DNA of 47,788 nucleotides from an uncultured Clostridia bacterium (GTDB taxonomy: Bacteria; Bacillota; Clostridia; Lachnospirales; CAG-274): assembly GCA_947589405.1 (NCBI GenBank), contig CANQBT010000001.1:1-47788 (forward strand), given 5' to 3'. This document shows positions 1-9,470 of the stretch, one piece after another. The first letter of the stretch is position 1; every line of letters begins with the position of its first letter. The position numbers and the translations under genes are program-made. The notes under the pieces were generated by a model. It made no database searches. It was given only the letters and a program-made list of their open reading frames with translations, and was not told the origin of the DNA.

Positions 1-78
1 TATGTGTTTATCAGCGTTACAGCAACCTTCTGCATCTACGCTCTTAATGTCACAACACGAATATATTACCATATTTTC

Positions 79-100
79 GGCTTGATTGCAAGCCTTTTTT
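79..100 (+). terminator. Rho-independent terminator-like hairpin at the window edge
   Basis: Stem GGCTTG (79-84) pairs with CAAGCC (89-94) around loop ATTG, followed by T6 (95-100). The orientation fits a + strand transcript entering from upstream of the window. Confidence 0.5.
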
Positions 101-207
101 AAATAAATTTCGTAAATTATTAACTAAATTTTCAAATTATTATGCCTAATTTTTATGGCATTTTTTACAACAAGGGTAAAATTTTGCCTTTACAGGCACT
201 TTTTATA

Positions 208-663
208 TCAATAATCCCACATTCTGCACAGCACAAGAGAATCATCTCTCTGGCTGTATACGAAGCCGCACTTGATATTTTTCTTCTTGTCATTGTACTC
301 TATTTCCATAAGGTCCTGCTCCGTATCATATATCTTCTCCGTATAGTCGGCGCCCAATACGGCTATGACATCTTCCTTATTTTTGCAGTCGTGTATGCCG
401 TTTACACATATATCGGCATACTCAAATTCTGCATTTATCCTGGTGATGCGGTTTTTCCTTTCGGTTATCTGACACTCCTCAAAGTTGTGTACCCCTTCTC
501 CTTCGGGAAAACGGTCCGTTGCCTTATAGCTGCTCGTATCTATATCCGAAAAGCGGTCGCCTACAGCCATTTTGTCAAATGTGACGCCTGACAGATCCAC
601 AGACCTTACGCCGCAGCCTGCCATAAATAAAATAAGCGCTGCCAGGAGAAACACCCTTTTCAT
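208..663 (-). CDS. Hypothetical lipoprotein (151 aa)
   Basis: ATG start with a GGAGGGG RBS just upstream. N-terminal signal peptide with lipobox LFMAGC. No family recognised. Confidence 0.7.
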   Translation of the reverse strand: MKRVFLLAALILFMAGCGVRSVDLSGVTFDKMAVGDRFSDIDTSSYKATDRFPEGEGVHNFEECQITERKNRITRINAEFEYADICVNGIHDCKNKEDVIAVLGADYTEKIYDTEQDLMEIEYNDKKKNIKCGFVYSQRDDSLVLCRMWDY

Positions 664-719
664 ACTATCCCCTCCGTCTTTTTAACAAAGAAAGGGCAGA
701 TGCTATCCGCCCTTACGCA

Positions 720-1163
720 TTAATCTTCTTCTCCCCTGTATTCTGCAAACATACCGTCAAACAGATACTTTTCAACTATCCTTGCGCAGTCCACAACACA
801 GCCTCTACAGCTTCTGAGTCTGTCCGTAACTCCGTCTGTACCTCTTATTTCAGAACAGAGCATAGACTTGTTTTTCTCCTTGAACTCCTCTGCCATAGCC
901 TTGCCAAGTGCAAAGGTCTCCAGCTTAGAGCCGGGATTTTCCATATTGCCATCGCTGTTCTTAAGTCCCGCCAGGAATATCATGGCACATACGCTGCCGC
1001 ATATATTATACATTCCCGCTATTCCCAGTCCAAATCCTTCGCTTGCTCTGAAAGCCGTTCTTTCGTCCATACCCATCAGGTCGCAGTATGTACAGACAAC
1101 CGCCTGACAACAATTATAACCGTTCTTATGCCGATCATATGCATCGTATACTCTACTTTTCAT
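720..1163 (-). CDS. C_GCAxxG_C_C-family putative redox-active protein
   Basis: 147 aa with the family's Cys pattern (NCCQAVVCTY..., GLGIAG...CGSVCA, C-terminal CRGCVVDC). GGAGG RBS upstream of the ATG. Confidence 0.7.
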   Translation of the reverse strand: MKSRVYDAYDRHKNGYNCCQAVVCTYCDLMGMDERTAFRASEGFGLGIAGMYNICGSVCAMIFLAGLKNSDGNMENPGSKLETFALGKAMAEEFKEKNKSMLCSEIRGTDGVTDRLRSCRGCVVDCARIVEKYLFDGMFAEYRGEED

Positions 1164-1231
1164 AGTTGCAGTCCTCCTATTCTATATAATAATCACCCTA
1201 CAACCAGTATAACCCAAGTGGCTTTAAATTT

Positions 1232-1272
1232 CAACAAAAAAATAACTGCTGCACAAAAAATTTATGCAGCAG
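1232..1272 (-). terminator. Rho-independent terminator of the ACT-hom-lysC operon
   Basis: CTGCTGCA (1246-1253) pairs with TGCAGCAG (1265-1272). On the minus strand it is followed by TTATTTTTTTGTTG, about 80 nt after the lysC stop. Confidence 0.7.
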
Positions 1273-1349
1273 TACTTTGAAAAATTCAGGGAGAGGGGAT
1301 TGCCCTTTTATTTCTCATTGTATAATATTATAGAATTTCAATTTTGTGA

Positions 1350-2573
1350 TTAATTTCTGTGTTGCATAGCCTTTGTAATAAACTTGTCGTGTATTGCAAG
1401 AGCTGCTGCGTCTGCGTCCTTAGCGGAAACAAGTATTGATATTTTTATTTCGGAAGTAGAGATCATCTTAACATTGATGCCTGCGTCGTAAGTAGCTTCA
1501 AACATAGCTGCGGCAACGCCCGGATTGGTAGCCATGCCTGCGCCTACAACGGAAACCTTGGCTACATCGTCATTATAGCTTATTTCCTTAAAGCCAAGTC
1601 TGTCAGCATTGTTCTGGAGGACCTCCACAGCCTTCTTCATATCGCCCTTTGAAACCGTAAATGAAATATCCTTTGTAAGCTCACGGCCTATAGACTGTAT
1701 AATAAGGTCTACGCTTATTTTTTCCTTTCCCAAAAGTGAAAATATCTTAAAGGCTGAGCCCGGCTGATCCTTTATGCCTACGACTGCTATCCTTGCTACA
1801 TCTTTATCTACGGCTACGCCGTTTACAAGCATTTTTTCCAATTTAGATTCCTCCTTAACAACAGTACCTTCCGCATCTGTCATACTGCTTCTCACTACTA
1901 AATTAACATTGTATTTCTTGGCAAGCTCTACCGAACGATTGTGAAGCACCTTAGCGCCAAGACTTGCCAGCTCAAGCATTTCGTCATATGTTATTTCCTC
2001 AAGCTTTACGGCGTCCTTAACGATACGTGGATCGCAGGTATATACTCCGTCCACATCTGTATATATCTCGCAAAGGTCTGCGCCAAGCTTGGCTGCAAGA
2101 GCTACCGCTGAGGTGTCGGAGCCTCCTCTTCCCAGAGTTGTAATATCCAGATGCCTGTTTACGCCCTGGAAGCCTGTTATTATTACAATGTTCTTTTTAG
2201 CAAGCTCGTTGTTTATCCTTTCTGTGGATATTTCCTTTATCCTTGCATTGCTGTAATTGGACGTAGAATAGATATGGCATTGGAACGCATTAAGGGAAAT
2301 AACGGGATACCCAAGCTTCTCAATAGCCATAGCCATAAGAGCTACCGACTGCTGTTCTCCTGTGGACAGAAGCATATCCATTTCTCTCCTGCTTGCATTA
2401 GGGTTTATTTCCATAGCCTTTTCTATAAGCTCATCTGTAGTATCGCCCTGTGCGCTCAGCACAACTACCACCTGATTGCCTTCCCTATAGCTGTCCGTTA
2501 TAGTTTTGGCAACATGCTCGATCCTTTCGGCATTGGCAACAGATGAACCGCCGAATTTTTTAACTATTAACAT
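1350..2573 (-). CDS. lysC: Aspartate kinase (aspartokinase) with C-terminal ACT domains
   Basis: N-terminus MLIVKKFGGSSV, kinase core GGSDTSAVALAA..DVDGVYTCDPR, and a tandem ACT-like C-terminus. AAGGAG RBS. Sits directly downstream of hom. Confidence 0.9.
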   Translation of the reverse strand: MLIVKKFGGSSVANAERIEHVAKTITDSYREGNQVVVVLSAQGDTTDELIEKAMEINPNASRREMDMLLSTGEQQSVALMAMAIEKLGYPVISLNAFQCHIYSTSNYSNARIKEISTERINNELAKKNIVIITGFQGVNRHLDITTLGRGGSDTSAVALAAKLGADLCEIYTDVDGVYTCDPRIVKDAVKLEEITYDEMLELASLGAKVLHNRSVELAKKYNVNLVVRSSMTDAEGTVVKEESKLEKMLVNGVAVDKDVARIAVVGIKDQPGSAFKIFSLLGKEKISVDLIIQSIGRELTKDISFTVSKGDMKKAVEVLQNNADRLGFKEISYNDDVAKVSVVGAGMATNPGVAAAMFEATYDAGINVKMISTSEIKISILVSAKDADAAALAIHDKFITKAMQHRN

Positions 2574-2586
2574 AATATATATCTCC

Positions 2587-3825
2587 TTAGCCTTCCATTC
2601 TTATTGTATTGAGTATACCGTTTATGCCATCGCAGTTTAATAACTCCTCAAGCTTCATATCGATCTCTCTTTCGCTTGCTTTGTCTGTGACAAAGGCAAA
2701 TTCATCATATGCGTTTTCAAGCTCCAGTATATTATCTGTGCCGAATACTCTCTTCACACAGGATATTGCCTTGTCCTTATTGCTGTATTCCACTCTCACA
2801 AGCTTACTTACGACAACGTCATCTATGTCCATAAGCTCTTGTTTATCCTCTGACCATTTTATGCCAAGATTGATATTTTTGTGCCTTACGGCGTCCACAA
2901 TGTCGCTTACGACAGCGCTTGCCGTAGGCAGCTTGCCTGCGCCTCTGCCGTAAAACATAACGTCTCCCAGCATATTGCCCTTCAGAAGAATTGCGTTGAA
3001 TACATCATTTACCATACTGAGAGGATTGCTGCCGGATACTACTCCGGGAGCAACTCTTGCCCATACTCTGCCGTTTTCAAATCCTGCCTTTCCCAAAAGC
3101 TTGATCTTGCCTCCAAGCTTTTGGGCATAGAGCATATCTGTTGTGGAAATATTGGTTATTCCCTCTGTATATATATCCTCATATCTTACTGTCTTTTCCG
3201 TAGCAAGAGAAGCAAGTATGGCTATTTTCCTACAGGCGTCATGTCCCTCCACATCGGCGGCGGGATTTCTCTCTGCATAGCCCTTTTCCTGAGCGTCCTT
3301 TAAAACCTCGTCATAATCTATGCCCTCAGTACCCATTTTGGTAAGCATATAGTTGGTGGTACCGTTGAGTATTCCCGTAACAGCTTCTATCTTGTCTGAA
3401 GTAATGCTTCTGTTTATAGGCCTTATTATAGGGATACCTCCGCCTACGCTTGCTTCAAAGAGAAAATTCACATTGTTATCCTTAGCTATCCTCATAAGCT
3501 CGGCGCCGTGAGCCGCCACAAGCTCCTTGTTTGAAGTACATACGCTCTTGCCGTTTAAAAGAGCGCTCTTTACAAAGGAATAGGCAGGGTCGACTCCTCC
3601 CATTACCTCTACGACAAGCTCTACCTCACTATCGTTTAGAATATCGTCGTAATTATGAGTAATTATCTCCTGCACAGGATCTCCGGGAAAATCCCTGAGA
3701 TCAAGTACGTACTTGATATTTACAGGCTGTTCCGCCTTTGACTCAATAAGCTCTTTATTTGAGCGCATGACCTCTATGACCCCTGAGCCAACAGTACCGT
3801 AGCCTAAAACTGCTATTACCGCCAT
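2587..3825 (-). CDS. hom: Homoserine dehydrogenase
   Basis: NAD-binding motif VLGYGTVGSG, a catalytic-domain region, and a C-terminal ACT-like domain. The ORF opens with GTG at 3834 (GTGA overlap with the upstream stop). ATG at 3825 has a better-placed GGGAG RBS, so the exact start is uncertain by 9 nt. Confidence 0.88.
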   Translation of the reverse strand: MAVIAVLGYGTVGSGVIEVMRSNKELIESKAEQPVNIKYVLDLRDFPGDPVQEIITHNYDDILNDSEVELVVEVMGGVDPAYSFVKSALLNGKSVCTSNKELVAAHGAELMRIAKDNNVNFLFEASVGGGIPIIRPINRSITSDKIEAVTGILNGTTNYMLTKMGTEGIDYDEVLKDAQEKGYAERNPAADVEGHDACRKIAILASLATEKTVRYEDIYTEGITNISTTDMLYAQKLGGKIKLLGKAGFENGRVWARVAPGVVSGSNPLSMVNDVFNAILLKGNMLGDVMFYGRGAGKLPTASAVVSDIVDAVRHKNINLGIKWSEDKQELMDIDDVVVSKLVRVEYSNKDKAISCVKRVFGTDNILELENAYDEFAFVTDKASEREIDMKLEELLNCDGINGILNTIRMEG

Positions 3826-3830
3826 TGCTT

Positions 3831-4274
3831 TCACTCCCTAGCTATTATTTTAATAGTCTGAACGCCCTTTATTGAAGCTATCCTGCCTATAAGTGCGCTC
3901 AGCTGTTCCTTCATTTTGCTTGTTTCCATACTTATAGTGACGTTTGCCACATTGTTTATGGGGATAGTCTGATTGATAGTAAGTATGTTGGCTCCCCATT
4001 CCGCCATTACGTTGAGCACATTGCTCAAAAGACCTGCTTCGTCCATAAGGTTAAAGGCTATTATGGCAGTTCTTCCCTTTGCGCCTATACCCGGTTCCGA
4101 AATGTGATCCTTATATTTGTAATAGGCGCTGCGGCTTACGCCAACCATATCCGCAGCCTCCTGTACAGAGGAGGCAATATGCTGTTCCAGAAGTTTTTTT
4201 GCCTTTACGACCTTAATGCAGACATCAGGCAAAGCCCTTTTGTCCACAATGTAGTATTCCGAAAAATCGTCCAT
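3831..4274 (-). CDS. ACT-domain protein (UPF0735/PheB-like) with an N-terminal HTH-like segment
   Basis: 147 aa. Residues ~35-55 (VQEAADMVGVSRSAYYKYKD) look like a helix-turn-helix. The C-terminal ~75 aa look like an ACT fold (TAIIAFNLMDEAGLLSNVLNVMAEWGANILTINQ). First gene of the operon. Confidence 0.72.
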   Translation of the reverse strand: MDDFSEYYIVDKRALPDVCIKVVKAKKLLEQHIASSVQEAADMVGVSRSAYYKYKDHISEPGIGAKGRTAIIAFNLMDEAGLLSNVLNVMAEWGANILTINQTIPINNVANVTISMETSKMKEQLSALIGRIASIKGVQTIKIIARE

Positions 4275-4596
4275 ATCTGTTCACCCTCTGCATACAGTTG
4301 TATTCCATAGATGGAAATATATCATATATCTCATTAAAAATCAAGGGATTTTTTAAAAGTTTTTGTTAATGTTGAAGGGGCGTGTGTGAATAAAAAATGA
4401 ACACGCAATATACTATTGGGAAAAATCTCAATAAAAAAGCTATTTATATTTATAACCTTTGGTGCTTACTTCCCTGTTTTTTGCATTTCCATAGACTAAG
4501 GGGGCTGTCGATATGACAACCCCCTATGCACAAAGCCTGTGCTGCACCCCATCATCTATATCACGGGCATAAAAGTTCCGCCCGAAATATAGCCAT

Positions 4597-6864
4597 TTAT
4601 TCCATTGCTATGCTAACTATGTTTTCAAAATCATTTACATCGACAACATCTGTTCTTTCTGAGCCGAAGCAATATATATGACCGTTATACTTGAAATAGT
4701 GTACGTCTTTATTATTGCTTTCGTCTATAGTTCCTATTCGCTTAAAGCCCTCGTCCATGTTGATGTCATAGGCATAGCTTCCGTTAAATGTAACCTCTCC
4801 CGATGCCATATCCTTAATGACAACAGGAAGTACGAACCTGTTTCTCTCTCTGTCAAATTCAAAGTAATCGGAATTTTCAAAAAGAGGAGTATCTATATTT
4901 TCCTTTCCCAGCTCCTCGCTGTACAATCTTCGGGCATTGTCCATACCCTCTATGCTGTATACGTTCATTTTCAATATACTTTCGCCATTGTCAATGGTTA
5001 GTATATGGCTTTCGTCATAGGGATATATAAGTATATTGCCTGTTGAAAGCTTAAGTATGCCCTGACCTTCTGGATTGACAGGATTTGAGCTGTCTATAAG
5101 ATACATAGCCTGTCCTCTTTCGGCAGGTATGAGGAATATCTTGTTTTCCGTAAATATGGCAGAACGTATTGCAGCATTATTGGCTATCCTGTTTGCCTCG
5201 CCGCAAAGCTCCATATTGTTGTTGAGAATATATATATTTGTTATATTCTTATCCGTGCCCTTTTCCTTGTATTCCGTAGCAATGCTGAAATATCCTGAAT
5301 TTTCATTCATAGAGTTTCTGTCCAGCACATAGCCCTTCACATTTCCTCCGCCTTTGGATACTATATTGCCTTCGGAAAGGGACATTCTATATATAAATGT
5401 ATTTTCGGTATTTTCGCCTGAATCAAAGGCTGTATATCTGCTCTTGGCAACATATAGATTATTCTCGGAGAGATATACGTTGCTGCCGCCGCACAGATAT
5501 GCCTTTACATTGGCAGCCGCAGACATATCGGCTATATTTAAGCTTGATATGAGCGTATAGTCGTTTGTGCCTGTTTCGGGGAAATACTGTATATTTTCAA
5601 AGCCAAGAGTATTTATCTGACCGCCCATAGCCGAATCCCTGTAGGAAGGCGGATAGAAATGGCCTTCTCTTTCATTGTCGAAAACCGAAAGCTGTGAAAG
5701 AATATATACGTAATCCCCATGCTTTACGGTATCTATAAGCGTTCCGTCTACATCAAATTCTCTTTCCTTTACTGCATTGGCTCTGTCGCCTATGTTATAT
5801 ACATATACTGCCGAACAGACGCCTTCTCTGTCATCGCTTTGGGTATCCTCCTCCGCCGTTTCTGCCGATGAGGCGGCTTCTGTAGAAGCTTCCGTAGTAG
5901 TTTCGGAAGAAACGGTTTCCGTTGGCTTCTGAGATGTATCTCCTCCGAACCTTCTTGTGCCTGCCGCAACAAGGATATTGTCCTGCAGATAGAGTCTTGA
6001 TATGGTAAAGTCGTTTTCCATATCTATCTTATTTATTATTTTGTTTGACAGATGATCCGTTATATATATTACGTTATCTCTGCCAAAGTATATATATTTT
6101 TCATCATTTGCAATGAGTCCGCTTTTCTTGTCCGCAATAAGCTTGACAACGGCGTCCTCTTCAGAGCTCCTGCCTCCCACAACGGTGCCGACACGTCTTA
6201 AAAAGCCGTTACGGCCCAAAGTGTCCGTAAGCTCCTTCAGATTGCCTTCATTGGCAACATACGGAAGCTCCGTTACCTGTGCCTTAAGGCTGTTTATGAA
6301 ATCGTCGCTTTCCTCCTGCGTGAACGCCTTTTTATCCCCCGATATTATAACAAGGTCATTATAATAATGTATTTCCTTGTCAAAGGCCTCCGCAAAAACA
6401 TCAAGAGGTATATACATAGTATTTCTTCTTATAAAAATACTGTTGTTATACTCCAGATCTCTTTCCGAAGAGCTGCTTACAATATCGGCTTTTTTCCTAT
6501 CCAGCACAAGAGCCTCGTTATTCAGCCTGATAGCGGCGCTGCCTGCACCTGCGTCATATGTTACGCTGGCGCCGTAAGCGGATTTAAAGAAGGAAAGAGG
6601 AACATATGCCACTTGGTTTTCAATAAGCGGTACAAAAGAAACATTGTTCTTATCTATGAGCATCTGTTTTTTATTAGCCATTATAACAGGGCTTTCCTTA
6701 TACAGGACCACAGCTCTGTCAAGTCTGTCCTCAGCAGCTACCTCTCCCGATGTAGTGGGAGAAGATACCACATCGTTTTTCCCTCCAAAGACCTGAAGGA
6801 AAAGCACAAACGCCAATATAAGAAAATAAACCATAAGTATACCAAGAACCATTTTGTTCTTCAT
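4597..6864 (-). CDS. Membrane-anchored protein with a copper-amine-oxidase-N-like stalk domain and a C-terminal beta-propeller domain
   Basis: N-terminal TM helix. Stalk-type motif (YVPLSFFKSAYGASVTYDAGAGSAAIRL). T/S/E/A-rich linker. Long C-terminal region resembling secreted beta-propeller-domain proteins of Firmicutes. The track ORF starts at GTG 6873; ATG 6864 has a GGGTGA RBS and is preferred. Confidence 0.72.
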   Translation of the reverse strand: MKNKMVLGILMVYFLILAFVLFLQVFGGKNDVVSSPTTSGEVAAEDRLDRAVVLYKESPVIMANKKQMLIDKNNVSFVPLIENQVAYVPLSFFKSAYGASVTYDAGAGSAAIRLNNEALVLDRKKADIVSSSSERDLEYNNSIFIRRNTMYIPLDVFAEAFDKEIHYYNDLVIISGDKKAFTQEESDDFINSLKAQVTELPYVANEGNLKELTDTLGRNGFLRRVGTVVGGRSSEEDAVVKLIADKKSGLIANDEKYIYFGRDNVIYITDHLSNKIINKIDMENDFTISRLYLQDNILVAAGTRRFGGDTSQKPTETVSSETTTEASTEAASSAETAEEDTQSDDREGVCSAVYVYNIGDRANAVKEREFDVDGTLIDTVKHGDYVYILSQLSVFDNEREGHFYPPSYRDSAMGGQINTLGFENIQYFPETGTNDYTLISSLNIADMSAAANVKAYLCGGSNVYLSENNLYVAKSRYTAFDSGENTENTFIYRMSLSEGNIVSKGGGNVKGYVLDRNSMNENSGYFSIATEYKEKGTDKNITNIYILNNNMELCGEANRIANNAAIRSAIFTENKIFLIPAERGQAMYLIDSSNPVNPEGQGILKLSTGNILIYPYDESHILTIDNGESILKMNVYSIEGMDNARRLYSEELGKENIDTPLFENSDYFEFDRERNRFVLPVVIKDMASGEVTFNGSYAYDINMDEGFKRIGTIDESNNKDVHYFKYNGHIYCFGSERTDVVDVNDFENIVSIAME

Positions 6865-6880
6865 ATCCTTCACCCTTTTA

Positions 6881-8116
6881 TCAATAAATATATCCTGTAG
6901 GATTTGTATGAGCGCCGTTTATCCTGACCTCAAAATGTGAATGGACGCCTGTAGAATAACCGGTGGTGCCGGCTCCTGCAATGACCTGTCCTCTGGATAC
7001 CTGCTGACCCACGCTTACCTTCAGTACATTGTTATGAGCATACAGCGTTGAGTATCCGCCACCATGATCTATTATTATACATTTGCCGTATCCGCCTCTC
7101 CAGCCTGCATATATCACAGTACCGCTTTCGGCTGCTATAACGTCTGTATTAAGCGTAGCCTTAAGATCAAGACCCGTATGGAATTCCTGCTTGCCGCTTA
7201 TAGGGCTTCCTCTGTAGCCATAGCCTGAGTTAGGCGCATAGCCGTTATAGGCAGGAATAGGGTACTGATATTTCTTGCCGTCTGTATTATATACTCTGTT
7301 GCTGCTGGAGCCTCTTGATACCGAAGAGGAGCTTCCGCCTGAGCTAGAGGCTGCGGAAGCCGCAGCGGCAGCAGCGGCAGCCTGAGCCTGAGCCTTTTGT
7401 ATAAGACTCTGTACATTGGCGTCCTGCTGCTGAAGTTCGGCTATCTGAGCCTGATATGTAGCGGCATTGGCGTCAAGTCTTTTGACAATAGCATTTTTTT
7501 CTGCTATTTTCTTATCCAACTCAGCCTGTTTTGTCTGCTGTTTAGCCTTTATATCCTCTATGGATTTTTTATCCTGCTCTATGCTCTTGACATTATCTCT
7601 TATTATCTGCTCGGCTCTTTCATATTCGGCAAGCATATTGCTGTCATACTCCATAAGCCTGTTGGTATACTCTACCCTCGTAAGGAAATCGCCGAAATCC
7701 TCTGCACTCAAGAGCACGTCCAGATAACCGTTGTTGCCATGCTCGTACATTACCCTTATTCTCTTTTTAAGAGTATCGTGCTGCTGCTCTCTTATGCGTG
7801 TAGCCTCTTCAAGCTCCTTCTGACTCTTTTCAAGACGTGCCTGCGTTTCGCTGAGCTGGGTATTGAGCTGCTGTATCTCCGCCTGTACCTGACTAAGCTC
7901 GGTATCCAGCTTATTTACCTCTGTCTGAGTAGTTTCCTTTTGCGCATTGGTAGTATTCAGATTCTGCTGAGCCTGATTTATCTGATTTTTAAAGGCTGAG
8001 CTTTTATTCTTAAGAGAGCTTATGCTCTCCCCATGAGCAAATGAGGCCGTGCAGAAAACAAAAGCCGTCAATACTGCAATTATTCTTTTATTCATATATT
8101 TCTCAACTCGATTCAT
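6881..8116 (-). CDS. M23-family peptidoglycan metalloendopeptidase with a long N-terminal coiled coil (EnvC/PcsB-like architecture)
   Basis: Signal peptide, ~230 aa of heptad-rich Q/E/K coiled coil, an Ala/Ser/Gly linker, and a C-terminal LytM/M23 domain (HTGLDL ... YAHN ... HSHFEV). Immediately downstream of ftsEX. The start could be the internal Met at 8095. Confidence 0.85.
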   Translation of the reverse strand: MNRVEKYMNKRIIAVLTAFVFCTASFAHGESISSLKNKSSAFKNQINQAQQNLNTTNAQKETTQTEVNKLDTELSQVQAEIQQLNTQLSETQARLEKSQKELEEATRIREQQHDTLKKRIRVMYEHGNNGYLDVLLSAEDFGDFLTRVEYTNRLMEYDSNMLAEYERAEQIIRDNVKSIEQDKKSIEDIKAKQQTKQAELDKKIAEKNAIVKRLDANAATYQAQIAELQQQDANVQSLIQKAQAQAAAAAAAASAASSSGGSSSSVSRGSSSNRVYNTDGKKYQYPIPAYNGYAPNSGYGYRGSPISGKQEFHTGLDLKATLNTDVIAAESGTVIYAGWRGGYGKCIIIDHGGGYSTLYAHNNVLKVSVGQQVSRGQVIAGAGTTGYSTGVHSHFEVRINGAHTNPTGYIY

Positions 8117-8144
8117 ATTATGTATATATTATTTTGTCATTTGC

Positions 8145-9470
8145 TTATACGTTAAGATGCTTTCTTATAGAGCTTATAGAGCCTACTGCGCCTATGAGCA
8201 TACCTACAAGAAGAGATACGGGTATTATTACTATAAACAGATCTTCAGCTGTTCTCAGCTCTATAATGCTCCTGAGAGCCGAATATTGAGATGTAAAGAA
8301 GCCGTATAGCTTATAATAGCCAAAAAAGCACAATACAGAAGGTATTGCAGCTCCTATAAGACCGATAATAAGTCCCTCTATTATAAAGGGCCATCTTATG
8401 AACCAGTCTGTAGCGCCTACGTATTTCATAATGTTTATTTCATTCTTTCTTACATATACCGTAAGCTTTATTGTATTTGTAATAATGCCTATGGCAACTA
8501 TACAGAGTATAGCTATGAGCACAACGGCGACCACCTTGAATATAGCGTCTATTGTAATAAGAGTTTCCGTGACCTGCTGAGCATGTCTTATGCTCTCTAT
8601 TCCCTTGAATTCATAGTCTGCATCTCCGGGCTTTGACGCTGTATCAACAGTATTGACCTCCGTAACGGCCTCGCTCTTAATAGAAGGCGTAGGCTTTGCG
8701 TTGGCTGCCTGATCCACACCGGCAGGCGCCTGAGCGTCCTTGTTCACAACGGGTGCCGATGTTGTGGTCTGAGTTACTGCCTGTGAAACAGGCTGAGTCT
8801 GAGTTTCCGCATGGACCTCTTCTGCAAAGGGATCAAAGATCATTGCCGTTTTCTGTGCCTGAGTCGCAGGCTGAGTCGCTGCCTGTGTTGCTGCCTGTGA
8901 AGCAGGCTGTGTCGCTGCCTGTGTTACCGCCTGTGAAGCAGGCTGTGTTGCCGCCTGTGTTGTTGCCTCTGTTGTACGCTCAGTCTGTGCTCTCTCCAAA
9001 GCGCCCTTAGCTATAAGCTCCTGTTCGTAATCCCATTGAAGCTGCTCTATCTGCTTTATGAATTCCTTCTGATACCTTATGGCAGTCAGCTTAATATCAA
9101 GTGAACGGGGGAACGGGTTATCGTCCTCAAGTCCGTCTAAAAGCTCGCTGTCCCACATTGTCTTGGCAGACTCAAGAGCCTCGTCGGCTGACGTATATTC
9201 AACAACTGCCACATGGGGCATCTGCTTTATTCTTTCTTCAAGCTCCTGTACCTCTTCATCTGTAGGAAGATCTCCAAGATACACCGTAACGCCTATGTTG
9301 TTTTCTATCTGATCCAGTACGTTATTTACATTGGCAATAATGCAAAGGGATAATATGACCACAAATATACAGGCGCTTACTATGACTATTGAAGCAAGGC
9401 TCATGAGCCTGTTTTTGAAGATACCCCTGAAACCCTGATCAATAAAGTATTTCCAAGTCCGAAGTTTCAT
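8145..9470 (-). CDS. ftsX: Cell-division ABC transporter permease-like protein FtsX with a long low-complexity insertion
   Basis: N-terminus MKLRTWKYFIDQGFRGIFKNRLMSLASI with TM1, an extracellular domain, and three C-terminal TM helices. Start taken at ATG 9470 (GGTGGTGGA RBS) rather than the track's 9494. Confidence 0.85.
   Translation of the reverse strand: MKLRTWKYFIDQGFRGIFKNRLMSLASIVIVSACIFVVILSLCIIANVNNVLDQIENNIGVTVYLGDLPTDEEVQELEERIKQMPHVAVVEYTSADEALESAKTMWDSELLDGLEDDNPFPRSLDIKLTAIRYQKEFIKQIEQLQWDYEQELIAKGALERAQTERTTEATTQAATQPASQAVTQAATQPASQAATQAATQPATQAQKTAMIFDPFAEEVHAETQTQPVSQAVTQTTTSAPVVNKDAQAPAGVDQAANAKPTPSIKSEAVTEVNTVDTASKPGDADYEFKGIESIRHAQQVTETLITIDAIFKVVAVVLIAILCIVAIGIITNTIKLTVYVRKNEINIMKYVGATDWFIRWPFIIEGLIIGLIGAAIPSVLCFFGYYKLYGFFTSQYSALRSIIELRTAEDLFIVIIPVSLLVGMLIGAVGSISSIRKHLNV
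8857..8975 (-). repeat. Three and a fraction tandem 36-nt repeats inside ftsX
   Basis: Units at 8857-8892, 8893-8928 and 8929-8964, plus a partial fourth. They encode reiterated TQAATQPASQA(V/A). A degenerate extra copy lies near 8775-8805. Confidence 0.85.

Noticed and set aside
1-102. Edge fragment with two + frames open (ending at TGA 83-85 or TAA 100-102) and a minus-strand ATG at 72 (MVIYSCCDIKSVDAEGCC...).
   Set aside because: It is too short to decide which frame, if any, is coding. The + oriented terminator at 79-100 suggests the tail of a + strand transcript, but I cannot assign a product.
142-591. 149-aa + strand ORF overlapping the lipoprotein gene.
   Set aside because: It is antisense to a gene with a good RBS and lipobox. 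It has no RBS and an implausible composition.
4275-4596. Riboswitch, T-box or leader-peptide attenuator upstream of ACT-hom-lysC; also a terminator for the upstream beta-propeller gene.
   Set aside because: Hairpins exist (for example GGGGCTGTC/GACAACCCC at 4501-4524) but lack U-tracts. No L-box or T-box signature (specifier/T-box sequence) was recognisable. A covariance-model scan would be needed to be sure.
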